Shown piece by piece: positions 1 through 8,012 of a DNA stretch of 28,025 nucleotides (positions within the stretch are counted from its first letter, which is position 1; each line of letters begins with the position of its first letter). The notes below the pieces were generated by a model. That model did no database searches and had not been told where the DNA came from. It worked only from the letters and a program-made list of their open reading frames with translations. Source of the stretch: a bacterium (GTDB lineage: Bacteria > Hinthialibacterota > Hinthialibacteria > Hinthialibacterales > Hinthialibacteraceae); the NCBI GenBank assembly GCA_963663405.2, contig CAXXSM010000030.1:1-28025 (forward strand). The letters are read 5' to 3'. A program made the translations under genes and the position numbers.

Positions 1-1113
1 TTTCTGCGCGATTCCAAAGGCGAGTTCCAGAACAATTGAATCTGTTTTTGAAGCGTAGTCGTAAATGGTAAAATGCTCTACTGTCCCTGTTTGGTGACTG
101 GCAATAGGACGATGAACCTCGTCAAGGAACACACTGACGTCTCGCTTGCTAGTGACGCTAGGTGGTGCTGGTATACTTAGGCCATGAAAGAGTCGTTCTG
201 TGCCAATACCGACAAATTGCTCAGTAATACCATATTTATCAAGAAACGCCATGAGTACCTTAAGTGGCTCCCATGATCGGTCATGTTCAATATCGGTAGG
301 ATAAATCCTGAATGCGGCCACGACTAATGGTTGTTGTTGTTTGATTAAAGACAAGACTAGAGCAGTGAACGGCTCATGAAACTTAGGTTCTGCCATGTGT
401 TTAATTGCTATTGAACATCTCGCTTCGGAAAAATGGACATTCTTCCCATTGAGAAGATGTTCTTCCGCGTCAGCCGCACCCAATACATGAATGACGTCCT
501 CTTGAGACAATGCGATACGGCTAATACCTTTCGTATATGTTGGAAGAAATTCGGGCACTGCCTGAACGACGTCAATTTGGTCAATACTCACCTCTATTAC
601 ATCAAATTCGTCGAAGACACCAGACTGGACGGCTTCACAAAGCCTTTTAATATCGACTGTGTTAAGATGTAGTGAAAGCCTGACACTTCCCTCACGCCAT
701 TGCGTTATCTGAATGTCTCCATCTTTCTGCAGTACTTCTTGGATGCTGGCTAACAACTTCGCCTGATCAGCGTTAGTGAAACTCTTAAAATCACGGTCAA
801 GAACGATCGTGATTTTAATTCTGACTTTTGATGAATCATTCATTTTCATGTAAAGATCCTCGCGAGCGTGTAGCAATTCTTTCTCCATTACCTTCCTTTC
901 CTGAGAAGGTATTGAATCGTACATTTCGTGGTGTTTGAAACATAAATATACGAGATTTTCCTTGCTCGCATTGGTCGGATCGTGGTCGATGTGGGCGAGC
1001 TGACCTTTCTTTTGTTTAAGGTCCTTTTCCCAGAAGCTGCAAAGGCAGCAGCGGCGACGGCTAGCAGTCAGCACATGTAATGCAGCTTCTGAAGGTACCT
1101 TTTTGCGGGTCAT
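1..1113 (-). CDS. HNH-endonuclease-domain protein with a central TRADD-N-like (GS-motif) domain; 3' end runs off the window
   Basis: Hand translation, absent from the ORF track because there is no stop in the window. ATG at 1113: MTRKKVPSEAALHVLTASRRRCCLCSFWEKDLKQKKGQLAHIDHDPTNASKENLVYLCFKHHEMYDS..., giving CxxC ... H-I-D ... N ... N-L ... CxxHH as in Zn-binding HNH nucleases. Later ...IKITIVLDRDFKSF...GDIQITQWREGSVRLSLHL... The frame is still open at base 1 (…IVLELAFGIAQK). Confidence 0.85.
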   Translation of the reverse strand, partial: MTRKKVPSEAALHVLTASRRRCCLCSFWEKDLKQKKGQLAHIDHDPTNASKENLVYLCFKHHEMYDSIPSQERKVMEKELLHAREDLYMKMNDSSKVRIKITIVLDRDFKSFTNADQAKLLASIQEVLQKDGDIQITQWREGSVRLSLHLNTVDIKRLCEAVQSGVFDEFDVIEVSIDQIDVVQAVPEFLPTYTKGISRIALSQEDVIHVLGAADAEEHLLNGKNVHFSEARCSIAIKHMAEPKFHEPFTALVLSLIKQQQPLVVAAFRIYPTDIEHDRSWEPLKVLMAFLDKYGITEQFVGIGTERLFHGLSIPAPPSVTSKRDVSVFLDEVHRPIASHQTGTVEHFTIYDYASKTDSIVLELAFGIAQK

Positions 1114-1136
1114 CGATTCTGCCCTTTCTGGCAAGT

Positions 1137-1209
1137 TAACACGTTATTCAAGGATTTCTGGAATTTATGACATATTTCCATGAATGTCAAGGTTGGTTAA
1201 ATAACAAGA
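1137..1209 (-). repeat. ~73-bp direct repeat, copy 1, upstream of the HNH gene
   Basis: taacacgttattcaaggatttctggaatttatgacatatttccatgaatgtcaaggttggttaaataacaaga aligns with 1987-2058 at about 55/73 positions by hand; the last 13 bp (ttaaataacaaga) are identical. Confidence 0.9.
1162..1190 (-). promoter_or_regulatory. Putative sigma70 promoter inside repeat copy 1
   Basis: Minus strand TTGACA (1190-1185), 17 nt spacer, TAAATT (1167-1162), about 50 nt upstream of ATG 1113. An inverted TGACAT…ATGTCA overlaps it. Confidence 0.6.
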
Positions 1210-1297
1210 TATACTCATATTTGGCTTTGGGGATGAAATGATGACGGTTTGGGGATTAATGGAGGATTTACTTGAACAGTAAAGAAATATTATCACC

Positions 1298-1963
1298 TTA
1301 GATATTATGATCATTAGATCTCTCAACAATGATGTGCAAGGAGCTAAGTGAGCTCTCAGCAACAGCATTTACAAATTCTTTTCTCTTATCACCATGCAAG
1401 CAAGCAATCAAATAATAAAACAGGTACGAAGTCAGCTCAAAACGAGTCGGTAAAAATGAGTTGAGATTTTCATCATATTCGATATCCACACCGACTGACT
1501 GGAGGATAGTTGGTTTGTAGTGCATGGATTTTGGGATCTCAAGAACGACATAGTGATCTGTCACGCTACTCATTTTTTTGCACTGGCCTACAAGTTTCTT
1601 CCTCTCCCTGATAGGAAGTTCAAATATATAGCCACGCTTAGCTTGACCAAGAACGGCTTTCTCCATCGTCTTGCAAGACGCATATGAGATCTTCGCAGTA
1701 ATTGCGAAATCCGCACCCCATTGTGATTCTGCTGAGTTTGGTCCGCGATCGTTTATAATAGTACTCTGGATTTCTATCCTACCTTCCGGACCATCATACA
1801 CCACACCATCAAGTCGTGCGAAAAGAGCAGATACATATGCAGGTTCCTGAGAATACCGACGCATATCAAGGCGCTCATAGGCGCGTTGAAAGTACGCCTC
1901 AATGATATGATGAGCCTTGTATAACCAGTTCAAGAATGGCCAATTGATATTGTCCATAAGCAA
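1298..1963 (-). CDS. PD-(D/E)xK (restriction-endonuclease-fold) nuclease-like protein
   Basis: Motif arrangement QEP…AESQWGADFAI…EKAVLGQAKR (E-xxx-GAD … Q-A-K) is typical of REase-fold nucleases with a QxK motif III. AT-rich. Start is TTG 1963 or ATG 1957. Confidence 0.7.
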   Translation of the reverse strand: MLMDNINWPFLNWLYKAHHIIEAYFQRAYERLDMRRYSQEPAYVSALFARLDGVVYDGPEGRIEIQSTIINDRGPNSAESQWGADFAITAKISYASCKTMEKAVLGQAKRGYIFELPIRERKKLVGQCKKMSSVTDHYVVLEIPKSMHYKPTILQSVGVDIEYDENLNSFLPTRFELTSYLFYYLIACLHGDKRKEFVNAVAESSLSSLHIIVERSNDHNI

Positions 1964-1986
1964 CCACTATAATGAAATTAGTAGGA

Positions 1987-2058
1987 TAGCAAGTTATACA
2001 AGGTTTCTACAATCTATTATACAATTCTCTGAAAGTCAAGGCGAATTAAATAACAAGA
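1987..2058 (-). repeat. ~72-bp direct repeat, copy 2, upstream of the REase-like gene
   Basis: tagcaagttatacaaggtttctacaatctattatacaattctctgaaagtcaaggcgaattaaataacaaga is homologous to 1137-1209, with starts 850 bp apart. Confidence 0.9.
2011..2039 (-). promoter_or_regulatory. Putative sigma70 promoter inside repeat copy 2
   Basis: Minus strand TTGACT (2039-2034), 17 nt spacer, TAGATT (2016-2011), in the same register as copy 1. Confidence 0.55.
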
Positions 2059-2289
2059 GGCGCTTTTTTCTTTTTTTTGATTGCTAGTTGCGTAACGTGA
2101 TTTGGGAGCGGCGCTGATATTTTTCTCTGTCTCTACCATACAAGGTATTCGTTCCGTTTGACCTGCGCCGTGCAGTTCGGTGGTGTAACTATGTTTATAT
2201 CAATAGAGGAACCTCTTATGAGTATAGGAAAGGCGGAAGGGATATAAGGGCGAAAAAAAAGCGTAAGAGATTTTAGAAAGGTAAAGAAC

Positions 2290-3747
2290 TTATTCCTGGC
2301 TAGTGGCGGTGGAGGGTTCAACATTGAATTGAACGAGGTCGTTTTCCGCTTCTATGTTGCCTTTATCAGCAAACAGGCAGCTTTCGGCGGTGAAGGGAAT
2401 TGGGTATTTACCACTGAAACAAGCGAGACAGAATCGATTGGCCTTTCCATTGACGGCTTTGAGCAGCCCATCGATGGAGAGATAGTGAATCGAATCAACT
2501 CTGAGGTGACGTTTGATTTCTTCCAAGGTATGAGTGGCGCCGATCAAGCGGTTGCGCTGGGGCGTATCGATGCCGTAGAAGCAGGGTTCGATCCAGACGG
2601 GTGAAGCGATTCGCAGATGGATCTCGCGGGCGCCACAATTCCGCAGCATTTTGACAATTTTACGGATCGTTGTGCCCCGGACGATGGAATCATCCACAAC
2701 AATGATTCTCTTATCCTGAAGAATCCGGCGCACAGGATTGTACTTAATCTTGGCGCCGAAATCCCGTATGCTTTGGCTGGGTTCAATAAATGTGCGTCCG
2801 ATATAATGGCTGCGGATAATGCCCAAGCGATAGGGAATCCCGCTTTCCAACGCATATCCGATCGCCGAACAGACGCTGGAATCGGGGACGGGAATGACGC
2901 AGTCGGCTTCAGTCGGACATTCCCGCGCCAGTTCGCGGCCCAGATTCTCCCTGGCGGAATGAACGTCCCGGCCGAATACGATACTATCGGGACGGGCGAA
3001 ATAAACCAATTCAAAAATACATTGGGCTTTTGTTTTCAACTTCGCGAAAAAGCGGCTTTCCATCTTGTTTTTCGAAAGGATCACCATTTCACCCGGTTCA
3101 ACCGTCCGGACGTATTCCGCTCCGATGATATCCAGCGCGCTCGTTTCGGAACAGAAGATATACGAATCCTTCAGTTTCCCTAAAGAAAGGGGCCGGATTC
3201 CCCACGGATCGCGCAGGCCGATCACGTATCGATCGTTCATGATAACCATCGAAAAGGCGCCGCGCAGATCGGCGAGGGATTCTTCCAGCGCTTGCAAGAA
3301 ATCCGTGTGCTGGGATCGCGCCAGAAGATGAATGAGAATTTCGCTGTCGGAATTTGTGCGGAAAATGGAGCCTTGAGATTCCAAACGATCGCGCAGCTCC
3401 TGGATGTTGATCAAGTTGCCGTTATGCGCGACGGCGACCCAGCCCCGGCGGTATTCGCACATGATCGGCTGCGCGTTGGTAATGTTGCTCGATCCGGCGG
3501 TGGAATACCGGACATGGCCGATCGCCCGGTCTCCTTTCAACTTGGTGAGATCGCCTTCTTTAAATACATCCGCCACGAGCCCCATTCCAATATGGGTATG
3601 CGGGTGTTCCCCTTCAGCGGTTACAATGCCCGCGCTTTCTTGTCCCCGGTGTTGCAGCGCATAAAGACCTAAATAGGTGAGGTGGGAGGCGTCTTCGTGT
3701 CCAGCGATGGAGAACACGCCACACGCGTCACGGATTCCTTCCGGCAT
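2290..3747 (-). CDS. purF: Amidophosphoribosyltransferase
   Basis: Short propeptide then CGVF (Ntn nucleophile), LQHRGQESAGI, GHVRYSTAG, HNGNL, PRPP-binding VVDDSIVRGTT, and Fe-S cysteines (CIFE, PCFYGID, CLACF). Confidence 0.98.
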   Translation of the reverse strand: MPEGIRDACGVFSIAGHEDASHLTYLGLYALQHRGQESAGIVTAEGEHPHTHIGMGLVADVFKEGDLTKLKGDRAIGHVRYSTAGSSNITNAQPIMCEYRRGWVAVAHNGNLINIQELRDRLESQGSIFRTNSDSEILIHLLARSQHTDFLQALEESLADLRGAFSMVIMNDRYVIGLRDPWGIRPLSLGKLKDSYIFCSETSALDIIGAEYVRTVEPGEMVILSKNKMESRFFAKLKTKAQCIFELVYFARPDSIVFGRDVHSARENLGRELARECPTEADCVIPVPDSSVCSAIGYALESGIPYRLGIIRSHYIGRTFIEPSQSIRDFGAKIKYNPVRRILQDKRIIVVDDSIVRGTTIRKIVKMLRNCGAREIHLRIASPVWIEPCFYGIDTPQRNRLIGATHTLEEIKRHLRVDSIHYLSIDGLLKAVNGKANRFCLACFSGKYPIPFTAESCLFADKGNIEAENDLVQFNVEPSTATSQE

Positions 3748-3843
3748 GGTTTTTCTATCTTTCTTAAATGAAATGGGATTCGACGTTTGTTTCCGGCCGA
3801 TCCATCCCTGATGTTCTTTAAGACTGATTTATATATATATACC

Positions 3844-3931
3844 ATCATGATTGAGATCTCAACCTGCAAATGAAAATGAGTTGTGGGAGTAATTACGAAT
3901 TAGAAAGCCTTGGAAACTCATTTTCATATAA
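3844..3931 (-). repeat. Dispersed hairpin repeat, copy A
   Basis: 13-bp inverted arms atgaaaatgagtt (3870-3882) and aactcattttcat (3915-3927), 32-nt loop; 76/88 identical to 23844-23931 by hand count. Confidence 0.92.
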
Positions 3932-4008
3932 GTGGTTGAATGATAATACTATAAGGCTTATTCGCCTCTTTGAGAATGGATCGCAAGCCATGTTGATCAT
4001 CGATCCAT

Positions 4009-4377
4009 TTATTCTCCTTTCATCCATCCCTTGATGACCGCCGCGATCTGTTCGGGATTGATGGATGATTGATCGCGGATCATGGTTTTCATCCGCCGGC
4101 GTTTCTGTTCTTCTGGAGGAAGCGCGCTGACATCATCTATATTCATTATACCCAGTTCATGAGCGGAATATTCTTTTTTCGGGGATTTGGCTGGAAAAGA
4201 ACTAGACGCGGAGGAGTGAGTTTTCTTTCTGTACGAATTCTTTTTAAGCGCCTTCCATGCAAGGCGATTGCCCACGAGAAGTAGAAGAAAGAGTAGGAAT
4301 AGGCTCAGATTATCAATTACCAATTCCAAAAGAGAATTGATCGCTTGCGTCAAGGCGGTCACTCCAATTGATTGCAT
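4009..4377 (-). CDS. Small single-pass membrane protein with a FliF-C-terminus-like tail
   Basis: Hydrophobic segment LSLFLLFLLLLVG, a basic linker, and C-terminus IRDQSSINPEQIAAVIKGWMKGE resembling the 'NPE..A..I+.W' end of FliF proteins. Confidence 0.6.
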   Translation of the reverse strand: MQSIGVTALTQAINSLLELVIDNLSLFLLFLLLLVGNRLAWKALKKNSYRKKTHSSASSSFPAKSPKKEYSAHELGIMNIDDVSALPPEEQKRRRMKTMIRDQSSINPEQIAAVIKGWMKGE

Positions 4378-4584
4378 AGGCGGTCCAATAGTATTTTCTC
4401 ATTCCTCCACATATTTTCAAGGATTATCGAAAGGGTCGCGTTCGAGAGAAAAAAGAGATCCGTTCATTTCCCTTGTGAGGGAACTGGTAATTCATTCACA
4501 TATATGCAAGAATTAATCATGCAAAATAGGGGGGATCGAAACGTTCCAGCAGAACGTATTTTAGTGAAAGAGAGGAAGAGGATC

Positions 4585-5931
4585 ATGAATCGAAAACAGA
4601 CGCGGCGTGATTTCGTTCAGCAAACAACAGCGGCGGGAGCGGCGTTCTCCACGGCGGCCTTCGTTTCGCAGAACGCAATAGGAAAATCATTAGGCAAACC
4701 AGCGATGTTGGGGGGACAACCAGTCCGCACGAAACCATTTCCTCAATGGCCGATTCATAAAAAGAATGATGAAGAAGGTTTTCTCGACGCCTTGAAACGC
4801 GATCAATGGTGCCGTCTTGGAGCGAAGATCAGCGATCAGTTCGATAAAGAATGGGCGGAGCGGCTGGGCTGTCAATACTCGGTTGGTGTAGTGAATGGGA
4901 CCAATGCGCTCTACGCGGCGCTCTACGCGCTGGATGTGGGGCCGGGCGATGAAGTGATCCTGTCTCCGTATACATTTATCGCCACGCTGAACGCCGTGAT
5001 TCAAGTCTACGCGCTTCCCGTGTTCTCCGACAGCGATCGGGACACCCAATTGATGGACGCCGATTCTCTTGAAGAACGGATCACAGATCGGACCCGCGCA
5101 GTCATTCCCGTCCATCTGGGCGGATCTGTTGCGAATATGGACGCAATCACGAAAGTAGCCAAGAAACACAATCTGGGTGTGATCGAAGACGCCTGCCAGG
5201 CGCATTACGCCGAATGGCGTGGTAAACGGGCCGGGACTTTAGGAGATGTGGGATGCTTCAGTTTTCAGGCTTCGAAAATCCTTCCCTGCGGTGAAGGAGG
5301 ATCTGTCGTTACCGATGATGAAAACCTATTTAATAAATTACACGCCTTCCAGAACAACGGCCGGGACCGGAAAGACGGCACGCGCAACGGGTACCAGTGG
5401 CAAGGCTCCAATTTGCGCATCACCGAATATCAATCCGCCCTGCTTCTCAGCCAGCTCTCCCGCTTTGAGGAAATCTGCGAACACCGGGAAGAAAACGTGA
5501 AGTACTTCGATCAACTGCTCGAAGACGTTCCCGGCGTTTCTCCAAGCAAGACAGAGGATGGTTGCACGCGGCGCACCTACTACATCCATCTCTTACGATA
5601 CGATAAAGACAAATTCGCGGGATTAAGCCGGTCGAAGTTCCAGCAAGCCCTTTCGAAAGAAGGAACTGGAATCGGCGGTGGTTACCGTCCGTTGAACAAA
5701 GAACCATTCTTGAAAACGATCTTGAATTCACGCGGGTATCAGGCGATTTATTCCAAAAAACGGCTGGATGAATACTGGGAAAAGAATCACTGTCCCCAAA
5801 ACGATCTCGTCACCCAGGAAGGATTGTTCATGTCGCAGCGATATTTTTTAGGAAGCCGGAGCGATGTCGAGCAGGTCGTCGAGGCGATCATGAAAGTGCA
5901 GAAACACGCGGAAGAACTCGCCAGCGTCTAA
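4585..5931 (+). CDS. DegT/DnrJ/EryC1/StrS-family PLP-dependent aminotransferase with Tat signal peptide
   Basis: NGTNAL, GPGDEVI, PVHLGG, IEDACQAH and SFQASKILPCGEGG (PLP lysine). Start re-called at ATG 4585 after GAGGAAGAGG; the N-terminus MNRKQTRRDFVQQTTAAGAAF carries a twin-arginine motif. Confidence 0.92.
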   Translation: MNRKQTRRDFVQQTTAAGAAFSTAAFVSQNAIGKSLGKPAMLGGQPVRTKPFPQWPIHKKNDEEGFLDALKRDQWCRLGAKISDQFDKEWAERLGCQYSVGVVNGTNALYAALYALDVGPGDEVILSPYTFIATLNAVIQVYALPVFSDSDRDTQLMDADSLEERITDRTRAVIPVHLGGSVANMDAITKVAKKHNLGVIEDACQAHYAEWRGKRAGTLGDVGCFSFQASKILPCGEGGSVVTDDENLFNKLHAFQNNGRDRKDGTRNGYQWQGSNLRITEYQSALLLSQLSRFEEICEHREENVKYFDQLLEDVPGVSPSKTEDGCTRRTYYIHLLRYDKDKFAGLSRSKFQQALSKEGTGIGGGYRPLNKEPFLKTILNSRGYQAIYSKKRLDEYWEKNHCPQNDLVTQEGLFMSQRYFLGSRSDVEQVVEAIMKVQKHAEELASV

Positions 5932-5957
5932 TTTTGCGTATGGGATTGTTTGGATCG

Positions 5958-6821
5958 CTATAAATACTTTTGCAGGAGGAATTCAAAGGCTTCACGGCGG
6001 TCTTTCGGGAATTCGTTGGCTTGGGTTAAGACCGCGTTTTGGAGCGCGTTCATACAGCGGCATTGATTGGCTTCGCGTGTTTCCGGAATTTTGGGGACAA
6101 CGGTTTTAATCAGCCGTTTGACGTTTTCCGCGTTCTTCATCAAGTTGGCCAGAATCATATCCACCTCAACGTCATCGTCCTCTTTCCAACAGTCGTAATC
6201 AGTGACCATCGCCACCAGAGCGCAGCACATCTCCGCCTCCCGCGCCAGTTTGACTTCAGGAAGCGCGGTCATGCCGATCAAGTCCGCGTTCCAGCTGCGG
6301 TAGAGATGCGATTCCGCGCGGGTGGAGAAGAGCGGCCCTTCCATGCAGACGTAGGTCCCTTTCTCGTGCAGGGTGATTTCACATTCCCGCGCCGCTTCGA
6401 TCAACGCCTGGCGAAGAGGATTACAAAATGGATCGGCGAACGCGGTATGGACGGCGATCGGATCAAAGAATGTATTAACGCGGTTTTTCGTGCGGTCGAT
6501 CAGCTGATCGGGAAAAACAAAATCCAGCGGTTTTTTCTCCAACTGAAGACTTCCCACGGCGTTGATTGAAATGAGCCATTCCACACCGAGTTTTTTCATG
6601 GCGTAGATATTCGCGGCGTAGGGAACGTTGGTTGGATTGAGCGTATGTTTGCGTCCGTGACGGGGCAAAAACGCCAGTTCGCGGTCCGCGTATCGTCCCA
6701 ATCGGATATGGTCAGATGGCGATCCATATGGAGTCCAGAGATCCACTTCATCATGGTAGTTGACTCCTTCCAGATCGTAGACGCCCGATCCACCAATAAT
6801 TCCGATTCGCCGTTCTGTCAT
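5958..6821 (-). CDS. mtnP: S-methyl-5'-thioadenosine phosphorylase
   Basis: IGIIGGSGVY, TPYGSPS, FLPRHGRKH, YVCMEGPLFSTRAES, GMTALPEVKLAREAE, MVTDYDCW. ATG 6821 is preceded by GGGAGGA. Confidence 0.95.
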   Translation of the reverse strand: MTERRIGIIGGSGVYDLEGVNYHDEVDLWTPYGSPSDHIRLGRYADRELAFLPRHGRKHTLNPTNVPYAANIYAMKKLGVEWLISINAVGSLQLEKKPLDFVFPDQLIDRTKNRVNTFFDPIAVHTAFADPFCNPLRQALIEAARECEITLHEKGTYVCMEGPLFSTRAESHLYRSWNADLIGMTALPEVKLAREAEMCCALVAMVTDYDCWKEDDDVEVDMILANLMKNAENVKRLIKTVVPKIPETREANQCRCMNALQNAVLTQANEFPKDRREAFEFLLQKYL

Positions 6822-6950
6822 CGTGATGTCCTCCCAATTCGTCAGGTCTGATAAAATTGATTGAAACACGCTACCATAGGGTAAAGTAGGACGGCGGTCA
6901 AGCGCCCGTTACATTGTGACACCTCTCTGATTGAGAAACGGTACAAAGCC

Positions 6951-7847
6951 ATGATTCGAAGTATGACCGGCTATTGCAGCATTCGTGAAGAGATGGGGGA
7001 TGATCATATCCTCCTGGAAATCAAGACGTTGAATCACCGTGGATTTGATCTGCACTTTCATGCGCCGCGGCCTTTGGCGATGTTGGAAGTGCCGCTGCGG
7101 GATCTGACCCAGCGGCAAATCCGGCGGGGCCGGATCGAATTTTATTTGCGGGGGAATCAGTACTTGGCTGGGGATGAAAAAATCCGGGCGAATCCGGAAA
7201 TCGCCCGGCAATACCTGAATGCGGCGCAGTCGATCGCCGGAAGCCTTCAACTCGAATTTCATCCCAACGCGAATTTTTTTCTCTCGTTAGACGGTGTCAT
7301 GGAAGCGGAAGAAAACACCCTTTCCACGGATGAATATTGGGATTTATTGAAGGATCTTTTTGAACGGGCGGCGGCCCGTGTTGTACGGATGAAAGAGCAG
7401 GAAGGAGAACGTCTGCGAAGCGAACTCGAATCGTTGCTGGACCGGATCGAGGCGATGAATGATGAGATTGACGCGTTTCGCGATCAGATCAATCAAGAAT
7501 ACCGGTCAAAAATCTTGGATCGCATCGGGGAATTGACTGGATCGATCGATTTAGATGAAAACCGCATTCTCCAAGAAATCGCGCATTACGCTGAGCGTTC
7601 CGATATCCAGGAAGAAATCGTGCGGATGAAGAGCCATCTGCAGCAATTCCGCGAATTCCTTGAAGAAAATCAAAGCGGAGAGCCCTACATGTCCGTGGGA
7701 CGACGGTTGGATTTTTTATGCCAGGAGATGTTTCGGGAGATCAACACGATCGGCTCGAAAAGCACCTCGCTCGATATTATGAAACTTGTTCTCGAACTCA
7801 AAGGCACGGTCGACCGCCTGCGGGAACAAGTTCAAAATGTTGAGTAG
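6951..7847 (+). CDS. yicC: YicC/YloC-family endoribonuclease
   Basis: MIRSMTGY, EIKTLNHR, RGRIE, DIQEEIVRMKSH, GRRLDFLCQEMFREINTIGSKS, REQVQNVE. Confidence 0.95.
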   Translation: MIRSMTGYCSIREEMGDDHILLEIKTLNHRGFDLHFHAPRPLAMLEVPLRDLTQRQIRRGRIEFYLRGNQYLAGDEKIRANPEIARQYLNAAQSIAGSLQLEFHPNANFFLSLDGVMEAEENTLSTDEYWDLLKDLFERAAARVVRMKEQEGERLRSELESLLDRIEAMNDEIDAFRDQINQEYRSKILDRIGELTGSIDLDENRILQEIAHYAERSDIQEEIVRMKSHLQQFREFLEENQSGEPYMSVGRRLDFLCQEMFREINTIGSKSTSLDIMKLVLELKGTVDRLREQVQNVE

Positions 7848-7883
7848 AAAGACCGTTACTTCACGGTTGTTGATTTGTATATA

Positions 7884-7967
7884 ATATGAAAATGAGTCTC
7901 TAGGATTTATTCAGTCGAAATTTCTCCCGCGACTCATTTTCATTTGTTTAATGTAATCACAAATCAT
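7884..7967 (+). repeat. Dispersed hairpin repeat, copy B (inverted relative to A and C)
   Basis: Arms atgaaaatgagtc (7886-7898) and gactcattttcat (7931-7943), 32-nt loop. The loop aligns with the reverse complement of copies A and C (…gaaatttctcccgcgactcattttcatttg). Confidence 0.85.
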
Positions 7968-8012
7968 TGTATATATCGATTCATGAGTTAGGAAATCAAA
8001 GAGGTTTAATCC

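Noticed and set aside
433-672. 79-aa + strand ORF from the track
   Set aside because: It is antisense to the longer, motif-bearing HNH frame on the minus strand.
1191-1202. XerD-arm-like 'gttggttaaat' (dif-like) in repeat copy 1
   Set aside because: Only a partial match, with no XerC arm at the right spacing, and it is not conserved in copy 2.
4372-4584. Long N-terminal extension of the DegT ORF as given in the track
   Set aside because: A strong RBS and Tat motif support ATG 4585; the extension covers the divergent promoter region.
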